Both the position numbers and the translations under genes were made by a program. A stretch of 63,545 nt of DNA, filler included, from Reticulomyxa filosa (taxonomy: Eukaryota; Protista; Foraminifera), in assembly GCA_000512085.1 (NCBI GenBank). It is 18 parts of 18 records of this genome, joined end to end, with 100 filler letters (N's around TTAATTAATTAA, not from the genome) between each part and the next. Parts side by side here need not be neighbours in the genome. Positions count along the whole stretch, not along the records: positions 36,709 to 38,775 come from ASPP01012351.1; positions 38,876 to 42,862 come from ASPP01014360.1; positions 42,963 to 46,137 come from ASPP01017872.1; positions 46,238 to 47,890 come from ASPP01029124.1; positions 47,991 to 50,135 come from ASPP01023688.1; positions 50,236 to 52,997 come from ASPP01008716.1; 12 more parts are not named here. The stretch is one strand, 5' to 3'. The notes under the pieces were generated by a model. That model was not told the DNA's origin. It ran no database searches and saw nothing but the letters and a program-made list of their open reading frames with translations. Shown piece by piece: positions 37,296-50,269 of this stretch; the first letter of the stretch is position 1; each line of letters begins with the position of its first letter.

Positions 37296-37648
37296 AAAAG
37301 TGTTTATTGTGACCATTATGTTGCTTTCACATATTTTCCATTAGGGACCACAATAGAGGGAGAAAAAAAAAAACCAATTTAACTTCACTTATTTTAAAAA
37401 TTGAAAATTCTCTTCATGGCAAAATTCTGTCCTAGTCTTTTTTTTTTAACTCAAATATAAAAGGAAAATAAAAACCATTGAAAAGTGTAAAAACAACGTA
37501 TGTTGAAGATATAGTGGGATCAAGCTAAAAGCTCTATTTTTTTTCAATGTTTTTAAGAAAACTATAACAACTTCTTCATTGGTTGGTGATTCCAACCGTT
37601 TTATTTTTTAAATTTTGTTTTTCAGTGGAAAAACAACAAGACAAGACT

Positions 37649-38635
37649 ATGTCTCATGGAGAAAAAGCAGCCTTGAGCGGGGTATCTTCTGTGCCTTCCT
37701 TAGAGCAATCAAAAGCATCAGGACCAAAGGAACCCCCATCATCTTCTAATGGGACAGCACTGGATAAATCGCAGTCAATGCGCGTGCGACATGTACGTGT
37801 GAAGCCATCCGAATCTCACTCAAGTATGGCCACATCAGCCAACACAAGTGTGACAATAGCAGTGCTTGAGAGCAACATCAGCAATTCTCTGACACCACAA
37901 AATGTATCCTCTCCGTTGAACTACTCGACGACGCCAGTGATAGAAGCAGCGGCAGCGGTAGGGCCAAATCGGGGAAATGGCAAACCGCCTCCGTCTGCGG
38001 AGCACATGACGTCAATGTCAATGTCAATGTCAGTGTCAATGGAGAACCGAGACCCATTGTCACGGACGACGAAAAGCGCGAAGTCAAAAAGCAATGAAAA
38101 CGGCAATGGTAAGGAAGATGTGTCAAAAAAAGTGAACCCCGTTTCATCCAAGCCGACCTTGTTTGGGTCCGGGGATAATCAAAAGGACACCACCACTACT
38201 GCAAAAAAGCAGACTACTCTAAACAATCCACCTTCTGTTCAGTCTCAGGCTTTTCGTGTTGAAAGCCAAGCAAAACCTAATGTCTCAAAAAATGCCACGA
38301 ATACAAATAATGGATTGAAACAAATGCATTCTCAAAAACAGATTGGTAACAACACTTTTTGCCAAAAAAAATAAAAATAAAAAAATTATATATATATTTA
38401 TATTTACATGTATGTATATGTTTATGTATTGACATGACTCACAACAATTGTATACAAGGCCAAGGAAGAGGAGGAGGAGGAGGAGGGCTAAACCAAAGCC
38501 ATGAAATGACGGTGAAACAAGAATATGAAGAGAAAGATCATAGTAATAATAATAATAATAATAATAACAATAACAATAAAAGTGAAGAAGGAGATAATGA
38601 CCCCATTCGAGGTGGGCAATCTTTTCAAAATCATT
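37649..38635 (+). CDS. 5' part of a low-complexity Ser/Thr/Asn-rich protein, truncated
   Basis: ORF from ATG 37649 (about 230 codons) with coding-like GC content, then an intron-like stretch and a further exon. Confidence 0.55.
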
Positions 38636-38875
38636 GATACCCTCTTTTTTTTTTTTTTTTTTTTTGATTTGGAAAACAGAAAGAAATATAACCGTTGTTT
38701 ATAAAAAGGAGAGTTGTTGGATGTAAACACAAAAAAAAAAATATAATATAATAAGTATATATGTATTATAAAAGANNNNNNNNNNNNNNNNNNNNNNNNN
38801 NNNNNNNNNNNNNNNNNNNTTAATTAATTAANNNNNNNNNNNNNNNNNNNNNNNNNNNNNNNNNNNNNNNNNNNN

Positions 38876-40170
38876 ATACACCTAAAGTAAGCAATACACC
38901 TAAGGTATTTACTTTTTCAAAAGAGGCCGATACATCCAAAGCTCCCGATGCATTCACTACTCCTAAAGTATCCAAAACACCTGATATATCCAGTACACCC
39001 AAAGCACTCGAAGCGATCAAAGTAACCGATGTCTCCAATTCATCCAAAGCACTCAAAGTATTCAATGTATCCGAATCAGCTGAAGTATCTGAACCATCCA
39101 ATGTACTCGAAGCACCTGATATGTTCGAAGCGCCTGATATGTTCGAAGTACCCAAATCATCCGAAGCGCCTAACGTATTCGAAGTATCCAACGCACCTGA
39201 AGCACTCAATGCACCTGAAGCATCCAAAGTACTCGAAGTATCCAAAGTATCTCAAGTACCCGAGGTACCCGAGGTGCACAAAGCATCTGAAGCATGCAAC
39301 GTGTCCGAAGCACTCAATGCATCCGAAATATTCGAAGTATCCGAAATATTCGAAATATCCGAAATATTCGAAGTATCCAAAATATCCAATGCATTCGAAA
39401 TACCCGAGGTATCCGAGGCAGCTAAAGTATCTCAAGTACCTAAAGTATCCGAGGTAACCGAAGTGCCCGAAGTACACAAAGTGCTCCAAGTATCCAACAC
39501 ATTCGAAGTACTCAATGCATCCATAATCCGAAATACCCAGAGCACATGAAGCATCCAATATATCCGAAGTACATAACGAACTTCAAGTATCCAATGCATG
39601 GGAAGTATCCAATGCATGGGAAGTATCCAATGCACCTGAAGCACTCAATACACCCAAAGTCCCTAAAGTGTCCAACGTGCCTGAATCCCCCAATGCATCC
39701 GAAATATCCAAAGTGTCCAAAGCATCCGAATCATTTGATGCATTCGAAGCACTCAAGGTATCTGAAGTATCCACGGTATCTGAGATACCTGAAGCACACA
39801 AAGCGTTCGAATTATCCAATGCATTGGACGCAGTCCAAGTATCCAATACAAATGAAGTATCCGAAGTACCCAAAGCGCATGAAGCATTCGCATCTAACGC
39901 ATTCGAAGTGCCCAATGCACTTGAAGTATTCAATATAGCTAAAATACCCAATGCATCTGAAGTACCAGAAATACACAAAGAGATCGAAGCATCCAATGCA
40001 CCTGAAATGTCCAATACATCCGAAATGTCCAACATACCTGAAATATCCAATGCTTTGGAAGTATCCAAAGTGCCTGAAGCAGCTGAAGCATCTGATGCAC
40101 TCGAATCATCTAACGTATTCGAAGTGCCCAACACATCCAAAGTATCCAATACATCCAACTCACCCAAGTC
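38876..40170 (+). repeat. Degenerate 9/18-nt coding tandem repeat (GAAGTATCC/AATGCACCT; EVSNAP, EVSKVP)
   Basis: Period visible in both the DNA and the translation. Confidence 0.9.
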
Positions 40171-42619
40171 ATGCAAAGCGCTTAATGCATTTGATATAAA
40201 CGAAAATAATATGGACGGCAATGAAAGCAAGATTGATAACAATGAAATGAATGAAAAGAAAATCGAAAATGATGAAAATAAGATTGAAAGTATTGAAAAT
40301 AAGGTGAAAAGCGACAAAGATACAACTGTCGTCAATGAAGACGCAGGCAACATTTCAACAGAGAATGTATGTTCGAAAAGCCAGTCACAGCCAGTCTTGA
40401 AATGTGATGACTTGCCACAGCAAGATAACATTTGTAGTGAATCACCACCGGAAGTTGTCATGCACATGGATGACATACCACAACAGTTTACTGTTTGCAA
40501 CAACTTACAATTACAAATTGCTCTTCCTTCTGAGATACCAACTCAATCCAACATTTCTATTGATTTATCGCTGCTAAATGCAGTCAGTGATAATTCGTTA
40601 TCACACTATGTTGTTTCTGAAAAAGCATCACCACAAAGCTCTGCTTGCGATGACGAGCCATCCCAAAGTACTAGTTATGTTGATGGACTAGCACATATTG
40701 TTATTTGTGCTAATGATAAAACACAAGATATTATTTGCACGAATGAACCATCAAAAGCTGTTACGTGTACTAATGAGCCATCACAAACTGTTATTTACAC
40801 TGATGTACCACCACAAACTGCTATCTGCGTTAATGAATCACCACAAGTCGCTACGTACACTAATGAATCATCACAAACTATTATTTCCACTGATGAACCA
40901 CCACAAACTGTTATTTCCACTGATGGATCATCGCAAGCTATTACGTGCACTAATGAACCACAAACTTCTATTTGCACTAATGGAACATCACAAGCTATTA
41001 TTAGTATTGACGGGCCGCCACAAACTGTTATTTGCACTGATGAACCAACACAAGCTGATGAATCGCCACAAACTGTTGTTTGCACTGATGTACCATTACA
41101 AGCTATGATTAGTACCGATGAATCATCACCGGCAGTTATGTATGCTAATGAACCACCACTAGCTGTTGTTTGCATCGATGGACCATCACAAGCTGATACG
41201 TGCACTAATGGACCACCACAAACAGTTATTTGCACTGATAAACCGCAACAGACCGTTATTTGCACCAATGAACTGCCACAAACTGTTGTTTACACTAATA
41301 AATCCCCACAAGCTGCTTCTTGTATTGATGAGTCACCGCAAACTGTTGTTGGCACTGATGAATCATCACAAGCTGTTGCGTGCACGAATGAGCCATCACA
41401 AACCGTCCTCCGCACTGATGAACCGTCACAAACTGTTACTTGCATTGATGAACCACCACAAACTGCTATTTGCGCTGATGAATTGTCACAGGCCGTTGTT
41501 TGCACTAATAAACCACTACAAACTGTCGTTTGCACTGATGAACCCCCACAAGATGCTTCTTGTGCTGATAAACCATCACAAAATGTTATTTGCTCTGATG
41601 AACCATTACAAGCTGTTACATGCACTATTGAGCCACCACAAACCGCCATCCCCACTGATGAATCGTCACAAACTGTTACTTGCGCTGATGGACCACCACA
41701 AGCTGTTGTTTGCACCGATGAGTCATCACAAACTTCCATTTGCATTGATAAACCACCACAAGCCGTTGTTAGTACTGATGAACCATCGCAAGCTATTGTT
41801 TACACTGATGTACCATCACAAACTGTTTCTTGCACCGATGAACCGCCACAAGCTGTTGTGCACACTAATGAATCACCACAAGCCGTTGTTAGCACTGATG
41901 GATCATCACAAGCTGCTATTTCCATTGATGAATCGCCACAAGCCGTTATTTGCACAGATGGATCATTACAAGTTGTTATATGCACTAACGAACTACTACA
42001 AGCTGTCGTTAGCACCGATGGACCATCACAAACTTCTATTTGCACTGATAAACTGCCGCAAACTGTTATTTACACCGATGGACCATCACAAGCTGTTGCG
42101 TGCATTAATGAACCACCACAAACTGTTACGTGCATTAATGAGCCACCACAAGCCCCCATTAGCACCGATGAACCACTACAAACTTCAATTTGCACTGATG
42201 AACCATCACAAACTGTTATTTGCACTGACGGATCACCACAAGCCGCTATTTGCGCTGATGAACTGCAGCAGGCTGTTGCTTGCACTGATGAATCACCACA
42301 AACTATCATTCGCACTGATGAACCATCTGTTTGCACCAACGAATCTCCGCAAGCTGTTATTTGCACTGATGAACTGCCACATGCCACTGTTTGCGAGATT
42401 GCACCTCTGCAAGCTACTGTTTGTCCAAATGAATCCCCACAAGCCACTGCTTGTGAAATCGCACCATCACAAACCATCTCTCATAGTAATATTCCTTTGC
42501 AAACTACTGCTGAAGGTAAATCAACATTGGCTCAATCCGTTTCTGATGAAGTTGTTGCAATGATGATTGAATCAACTTACAAATTAATATCTGCCTCTTC
42601 TCCACCTTCCCCAATATAA
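38876..42619 (+). CDS. Very large tandem-repeat protein (tripeptide/hexapeptide array + Cys decapeptide array); 5'-truncated, one frameshift near 39525
   Basis: One frame is open from the contig start to 39549, and the same repeat continues in the next frame into ORF 39668..42619 (983 aa). No introns are evident. Confidence 0.75.
40730..42500 (+). repeat. 30-nt coding tandem repeat (consensus about CAAACTGTTATTTGCACTGATGAACCACCA; QTVICTDEPP), roughly 55-60 units
   Basis: Units stay in register across consecutive 60-nt lines from 41041 to 42300. Confidence 0.95.
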
Positions 42620-43033
42620 TTAAAGTAAGCGGCCATTGGTGGCCTTACTGTGTTTCTTTTTCATTTTGTTATATCCCTATTTCTCAAATTATGACGTGTC
42701 GTTTATTTAGTTGTCATCTACTTTTTTGATTGTTTCGGATCAGATTAGTTTCTGATAAGATAGAATTGCATTTTTTGTTTATAATTTAAAAATTACACTG
42801 GATTCTATCACCATGAAATAACGTAAATTGGCAAATGTTACAAGTTTTTCCTTAGTTTTTACNNNNNNNNNNNNNNNNNNNNNNNNNNNNNNNNNNNNNN
42901 NNNNNNTTAATTAATTAANNNNNNNNNNNNNNNNNNNNNNNNNNNNNNNNNNNNNNNNNNNNTTTTTTTTTTTTTTTTCATTTAAAAAAAAAAAAAAAAA
43001 AAAAAACTTGGATTGTCGAAATAATAATCATAG

Positions 43034-44413
43034 CCTGCGACAACAAAGAATGAACAAGAGGCAACACTTGATACCGAGACAAAGGTTATTCCTGAACAAC
43101 ATGCGTTCAATGAAACTGCACGTGCGATTGGTAACATTGTTTCCGGCGGTGCCCCTGCTGCCATGGCACACTACAAATATGTCACGGCGGAATGGTTGCG
43201 ATCCTTGATGCAACAGGCTGTTACTCTTCTTATGAAGCCGCCGACAAATAATCACAAACTTGTGGGCATCCAAGTCTTTTGTGCTCTTTCCAAAATGTAT
43301 GCCTCCAAGTATTTGAATTTCAGTAATCCTCAACAAGTTATGCTACTGACATATATATATATATGTTTTAATACTAACGCTAACATGGACAACACAAATA
43401 AACAATTTGCGCACAGTCGAAAGAATTGGCACACAAAGTATGCTTGTGGAAAAGATTTCAGCAAATGGAAATAAAAATGGACATAGAACAAATGTTTGAG
43501 CATGTATCAAAACCGCTCAAAATAAGCCAATATGTCAGTGATGATTTGCTATGGTTGCTTACGTTGTGGTTTCAACAATTGGTGTATTTGCTTCAACAGC
43601 CTAGTGGCACTTGGTACTTTTCGTATGAGTTTTTTGATACGTTATTTCGACAGCAGGGCATCATCGCCTGGAAATTGCTTCAAGACGGATTCAAAGTACT
43701 TGATGTTTGCATTAACCCTTTCTTGCACTATCAAATGTTTTTGCTACTCAAGCAAGCTTGTACTCATGCAGTATCCCCGGTTTGTTTCTTTTTTTTTCCT
43801 TCTCTTTATACTCTTTCAAACACTGTGTAAAAACAATTTTTTTTTTGGAAAAAAACAGGTACTGAAGGCATTGTTATCGGGCGTGGCAAACTCGATCATT
43901 AAACCCTTACGTCAAGTCACGCTGATGAGCATTGGTCGTGTTGAAGCTACTGACATAGTAGCTGCATGTTCTCTCTTTTTGAGCATATTGGAACGTCAGC
44001 GTATTTATAGCCAGTCTATACAAAAAATTAACTCTTGCATAGAAGATCTGTCAAATGATCTACGCATCCCAAAAAAAGGTAAAAAAAAAAAAAGGAACTC
44101 AACAAGAATCAAAACGGAAAAAACAAAACCAAAAGAAAAAACAAAACTAAAACGAAAAACAAAACTAAAACGAAAAACAAAACTAAAACAAAAAACAAAA
44201 CCAAAACGAAAAACAAAACCAAAACGAAAAACAAAACTAAAACCTCAAAAAAAAACTCCCCATAAATCTTCCAAAAAAACTTCGAGCAAAAAAATGCCAT
44301 CACTAAAAAAACCAAAAAAACGAAACTTTTCTAGTTTCAAAGGGAGCAAAAAATCAAAGAAAACAAATCCTCCACAAAAAAAACAAAAGATGCTTAGGAC
44401 AATGTTTGCCTAG
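43034..44413 (+). CDS. 3' part of a helical-repeat protein with Lys-rich tail; possibly MYBBP1A/Pol5-like
   Basis: Three in-phase exons (introns at about 43338-43415 and 43780-43858). FFDTLFRQ..I.WKLL...YQMFLLLKQ plus a basic tail recall the MYBBP1A C-terminus; the family call is weak. Confidence 0.4.
44118..44245 (+). repeat. 18-nt tandem repeat (AAAACAAAAC[T/C]AAAAC[G/A]A), about 7 units
   Basis: Seen directly; encodes a K/T-rich basic tail. Confidence 0.85.
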
Positions 44414-45623
44414 GCTGTGTTGTGCAAGTTTGACTTAATCTTTTCGTGTTTTATTTGATCTTAAATGAAAAACCTTATTTTCTTTTTGTATTTTTTGTCA
44501 AATTGAGAGATTTCACAATTTCTTCAGTATTATTGGACAAAAAAACTGTTGAACTGAAGTTTGGAGGTAAAAAGTCGATTGGTTAAAAATAGACAAATCA
44601 AAAGAATCTGTTCATGCGGTTTTTTGACGATCATATTTTCCAATTTTGTTGCATTTTGAGCAATATTTGCTTTTTCAATTAAATCATCTGTTATAACGTT
44701 TGCTTTTCTCAATAGAAATTTATATTAAATTAAATATAAGACGAAACAAAAAAATAAGATGAAAGAACAAGATAATTACACCATTTGCTTCTCGGGATGC
44801 TGCCATTGTAACGCATAGAAAAAACAATGTACTATTTGGAAAATGCAATGCTTTAGATATTTTTCAAAACTTTTAATTAAATGTTGATTTTTAATGTTGA
44901 AAATCGATAATCTAATAAAGTACCGTGTACTTGTTAACTTTTTTTGTATTCTATGCAAAAACGTAACTACTACGTAGACGGCATTTTGTTTTTGTAATTT
45001 TTTTTTGCATTTTGTAATACAAGAGATTGTATAATACGGTGAAAAATGCCGAAAATATGAAAGCTTGATAGCAATAATTGAGAAAAAACAGACAAAAACG
45101 AAAACAGAAAAACATTAAAGAATGTACAGTCAGCAATTAGTAACGGTTTTACGGAATAACGATTTTCTAAAAAACATATCTGACACTTAATCTAACGCAA
45201 AAATCGACTTGTGAAATAAAATATCTAAATGCAAACAAAGTTAATGGATATACTTTATTTGATTTATCTTAACATTACAATAATTTAAGACATAAAACAC
45301 AATTGCTAGTTCGAAAACATGTAAAATAATGATTCTTTTCCAAATACAATAATTGCAAATGCACTAGTAGAATTAATGTTCTTTTTAAATTTTTTATGGA
45401 AATTTTTTCAATTCGTTTAGGTTTTATTATATATTAACACAATGAATTTTAATTATTTTTAAGTTGTTAGTACATATTTGTTCTACGCCTGTCCATTTGA
45501 ATTGATTTACAAAATGCTAAGACGATTTTAAAACTAAGAAACGATTAGATTGTGATCGTTGTTACAAAATATCAAAACACGTGACCCCAAAAAAAAAAAA
45601 TTTTGAATTGCAAAATCATCATT

Positions 45624-46090
45624 ATGAATTCAACAGAATACTCTGCAGAAGCAGATTCACAATATCTTTATTCGGATTGGATAGGAGGAACAGTAATGAT
45701 GCCCAAGGAAATAACCCGGCTCCGCCCAAGCGAACCCACGGAGAACTACTATCTCCGACACATATTTTACAAATATTGCCGGTATCACAAGCGGCCCTTA
45801 AATGGAGAATTTAGTTTATACATTAGTCGTGTGGTATTCGAAGATGTGTCAAAAGGAGAAGAGTTGGAGTGGTGCAATCAAAAAAAGATTGGTTTGCCAC
45901 CTTATTGTAGCGAAGGGTTGGATCAAAGCAAAGAAATTGTTACAAACAAGTGCAACAGAGACTGGATTGATGAAATCGTTGTCTATTATGGTGGTGTGTT
46001 CAATCAAATTGTCGGTCTCTCTTTTTATGTCCACAGTGACACCACGAGATCTAATCCGAGACAAATCGGCCAAACGAGGTTTGCAACACG
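45624..46090 (+). CDS. 5' exon of an uncharacterised protein, possibly jacalin-like beta-prism
   Basis: YSDWIGG near the start and DWIDEIVVYYGG..QIVGLSF resemble jacalin-like strands; truncated by an intron and the contig end. Confidence 0.4.
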
Positions 46091-46092
46091 TA

Positions 46093-46125
<33 letters not shown>

Positions 46126-46244
46126 CCTTTTTTTTTTNNNNNNNNNNNNNNNNNNNNNNNNNNNNNNNNNNNNNNNNNNNNTTAATTAATTAANNNNNNN
46201 NNNNNNNNNNNNNNNNNNNNNNNNNNNNNNNNNNNNNAACCACA

Positions 46245-46784
46245 TTATAAATTGAAACCAAAATTATTATTCAATGGTAAAAATGTAAGACAATATATTC
46301 CATTATCTTTTTTGTTATATCCTTTCAGGGCATATAATTCCTTCTTATTTAATCGAACATCCCAAAAACGAATTGTATTATCCATTGATCCAGAACAAAT
46401 CATATTTGAACTATGACACGTGACAGGCACATTTCCAAGGAATTTTTGCAATATTTTGCTTTTGGAATGTTGCAATTGTGATTTGACTCAATTGGACATG
46501 AGTTATTGTTACTTGTAAGAAAATCTTTCAAACAATTTTCCCTCAACAATTAATATGTCATCCACACTTTCGTGCTGATGGCAAGTCAATTCCATTAGGT
46601 TGTTTACAATTTGTCGACAAATGAGACAAATAAGATCTTTAATGTCTTCAGTCCCATTTGTTTTCAAAATCCAGTTTTTGCTGTGACATGATTGAACCAA
46701 TAAAATTAAACTCGCTTTAATTTGCTCTTCCTCAAATGTCTTTTCATCCTGCATTGCTGCTTCTTTTGTTTTTGAAGATGCCAA
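46245..46784 (-). pseudogene. Collapsed pseudogene of a Cys/His zinc-finger + WD40 family
   Basis: N-terminal C...WIL..N...DLICLICRQIVNN.MELTC.QHE is joined through frame breaks and a large deletion to ICSGSMDNTIRFWDVR...ELY.LKG...DNGIYCLTF. Confidence 0.75.
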
Positions 46785-47283
46785 GGGTTTCTTTTTATCA
46801 AAACAGTCAAAAGGATATGTGATGATTGAGATGAAGTTTTAGTAAATGAGCCTTATTTACTCTTGCGTAAAGATTATATTGAGACGCAGGGTTATTGCGT
46901 CCACAAAGATGTACAGCTAAACTTTCTAACTGAAGTGTTAAATGTTCGGAAAAAGGCGGTTACCGGTTTGCAGTTAACCATAAAAACCAAGCATTTTATG
47001 CAACAAAAAGGCAATTGCAATTTTATTGCATATGGTGCCAACATTTTTTTCTCAAAGTTTTTGTAGTACATGGCGTTAGGCATACACTCGCGCTCTTTGA
47101 AACTTTTCAAACTATTTTAATTTTACAAAATGCAACTTTTAAACGCTAAGTCAAGAAAATTCTATTTAAATACCGGTGTAGCTAAATCTCTTGAAGAAAA
47201 AAACTGTTGATTAAAGTACTTTTGAACAAAAATTGCACGAAAATCTTTTCTTTTTTTTTTGGACCCCCTCGGATAAGTGCAAG

Positions 47284-47811
47284 ATGGAAAAGGATAAAGA
47301 GAATGAAAAAGGAATAATTGGAATTGATTTGAGAACCTCTTCATTTCGTGTTGGTACGTGGGAAAAATGGAAGAGTGAAGGAATTATTGAACGACGGAGT
47401 GGATACAATACTTACAAAGTATGGAGAGGTCATTGGCGATTGTGCAAAAGAGTTACATAAATCCATCCAAAAAAAAATCGACAAATACACGCAAATGCAC
47501 AAAAAAAAAGGATTTTTTTCCTCTTTGTTTCCCTTCCCCTCCCCTCCCCCTCCCTCCTCTTCCTTCCTTCTAGACCTAATGATTTGAATGTGCAAGAACA
47601 AGAACAACAGTATTTCAGTCCTGTGCACAATGCGCAAGACGAGAAAATCTATGAGCCATCATTAAGAGAGCATCGAAATCGATCTATATCATCGAAGGGA
47701 TTGACGATCATTATGAAGTACATAAAGCAAGAGATAATGAAAAAGTATGCAAACGTGAATTTGAAAGCTGTCATTGCAGTACCATTTCATTTTAGCCAAT
47801 CGCAAAAACAG
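47284..47811 (+). pseudogene. Highly divergent Hsp70-family NBD fragment (pseudogene or divergent paralog)
   Basis: IIGIDLRTSSFRVG (cf. GIDLGTT) and KAVIAVPFHFSQSQKQ (cf. AVITVPAYFNDSQRQ); frameshift in the A5 run near 47364-47368. Confidence 0.65.
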
Positions 47812-48009
47812 GTTTTTGTGAATACGATACTGTGTTTGTGTGTATGCGTATATGTTATGATTGATTAAAAAACGTAACTTTTTTTTTTTTNNNNNNNNNN
47901 NNNNNNNNNNNNNNNNNNNNNNNNNNNNNNNNNNTTAATTAATTAANNNNNNNNNNNNNNNNNNNNNNNNNNNNNNNNNNNNNNNNNNNNAAAAAAAAAA
48001 AAAAAAACT

Positions 48010-48706
48010 ACGTAGTTTAAACTTCCAAGTCTTCACGAAGTCCAAGCTCTTCTTTTGCGGTAATTGGTGCACCAGCTCCCAATGGTGCGTCCACAGGCTC
48101 AGTGCCAGCTGCAACTTCTCCTTGAATTGCTTCTTCTAGACCCTTTTTTTTTTTGTCCATTTTTTTTTTTTTTGCTACCCATGTTCCATCCCCTTTTTTT
48201 AAAAAAATCTTTGCTCAGTGAACACTGCAGTAATATTAAAAAAAAAGGGGTCACATTTTTGAACAAATTTTTTTTTTTTTTTTTGGTTTTTAACAAACTG
48301 TTCCCGTCGCGTCAAATGAATTGCCGCTGTTTCCGCGCAATCCGTAACTTGTTTTGATTCGCGAGAGAATGGCATTGTCGTATCCGGAAAATACTGATCC
48401 CATTCGGTCTTTTCGGGAAGAGGAGGTACTTGCAGACCTTTTTGGAAATGGCTCATCTCGGAAGGCATTGTTCGCATCAAAACTATCTCGAAACACCATC
48501 GTGCTCGACCTTGCTTCTCGGCCGTCACTCGTTACACTTTCCTGAGTTGGAGTTTCAACTGTACTTACTTGGTTGTTTTCATTTCCTGCATTTGCTTGAT
48601 TGTTCTCATTTTCTGCATTCTCTAGCTTTTGTGGAGCGTCTTCAACTTCTTCAACTTCTTCAACTTCTTCATCATCTTCGTTTATGGACTGGGGGCTGTC
48701 AGGCAT
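48010..48706 (-). CDS. 5' exons of an uncharacterised protein with acidic disordered N-terminus
   Basis: MPDSPQSINEDDEE... ORF, then a GT-AG intron and exon KKQFKEKLQLALSLWTHHW...; truncated. Confidence 0.5.
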
Positions 48707-50269
48707 TGCAATATAAATGATGTGTATATCAGAGCCTTTTTTTTGACTGTCAAACTTGGAAACAGTTTTAACGGCAAACGTTTCCATAACTTTGTATTGA
48801 CTTTGAATCAAGACAACGTTTATGACTTGAAAACAACATAGTAATACTAGGTGCTGCAATATCGATTTTTATCCACGTTAATTAGGATCAGCTTTTGCTA
48901 GTCAGCAATACATTGTCAAAAAATGTTAAACTGTAAGTGTAACCCACTATTTTGGTACTAAATATTTTTGTGAGAATATTGAGAAGAACTGCTGCTTAAT
49001 AGAGGTGCATGTAAGTGTAGTACGAAAAGGCCACTCTTTTGAGCAATTTTTCTATACAAACAAAAATAGTTAAATAAGAGAACGACTACAAGAACAAAAA
49101 CGAGAAAAAACTAGTGGAAAGTAAAGAAGTAAAGTTTTAGGATAAAAGCCATTGTTGTGTTTTGATATTATCAAGACAACAATTTGAGCAATGAAATTGT
49201 TTGTTCTCAAATAACGAACTCAGACAGTTGTCCAAGTTTACTCAAGGCTTCGACAAAGAAGAACGTTGTAAGTGTGGGAGTATGCTGCCGATGAAATATT
49301 ACACTAAATGTAATACGAAAGGTTAATTAACTCTTTTGAGCAAGTATCAACTGAAAAAGATTAAATAAAGAAAAGAAAAACAAACGTGTGGAAATGAGTA
49401 CACCGAAACGTCAGATTAAAAACGAGAAAAGAAAACACTGGTGAGTGAAAAGTGTTAGTAAAAGTTTAACCCACCGGGAGTTCATCAGCTCCTTTAACGA
49501 TTCTCTCTATATAGTAGGAGCTTCTCCTACATAAGTACACTTTGGCAAGATACATAGCATCTAGTGTGTTATAATGACGTACATTTTATGTCCGACGCAA
49601 GCTAATATTTAGTTTTTTAAATTATATTTAAAAAATTTATACGTAAGAATTTTTATTTTTTAAAAAATTGAGTTGTTTTTTTTTACATCCAGTGGCATTT
49701 CATCGCGAGTGGTTGACGGAAATGTGTGCAGTATGTTTTACACAACGGACGATGTCATTTGACAAGACTGACGTCAGTCGAGTTGAACAACATGAAGTCT
49801 ATGTTTCAACAGCAGACTTATTAACAACAAAATACAATTAACAATTGATATTCTAATATTACTTTATTGACATTAAATGAAAAGAATATCTTGTAAATAT
49901 TTAAAAATCAAATACTTGTATATATTTTTTTAACTTATACATATCAAACGCACAACTCGAAAAATACGTGGAAAAATAAAAATAAACAAAAAAAGAAATA
50001 AAAAATTTTGGAAAAACTGTATAGAAGAAAACTACTTTGTTAATTACAGCTTGCGAAAATATTGTTGAATGTTCGCTTTGACAAACAAAAAATAAAATAC
50101 AGTAAGATAAAAAAGAAAGTTGACACCTAAAATGCNNNNNNNNNNNNNNNNNNNNNNNNNNNNNNNNNNNNNNNNNNNNTTAATTAATTAANNNNNNNNN
50201 NNNNNNNNNNNNNNNNNNNNNNNNNNNNNNNNNNNAAAAAAAAAAAAATTAATACAATACAAAAAGTAC

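Noticed and set aside
40730-42500. 30-nt periodic array as a possible CRISPR
   Set aside because: Head-to-tail degenerate units with no unique spacers, in frame in a long ORF, and no cas genes.
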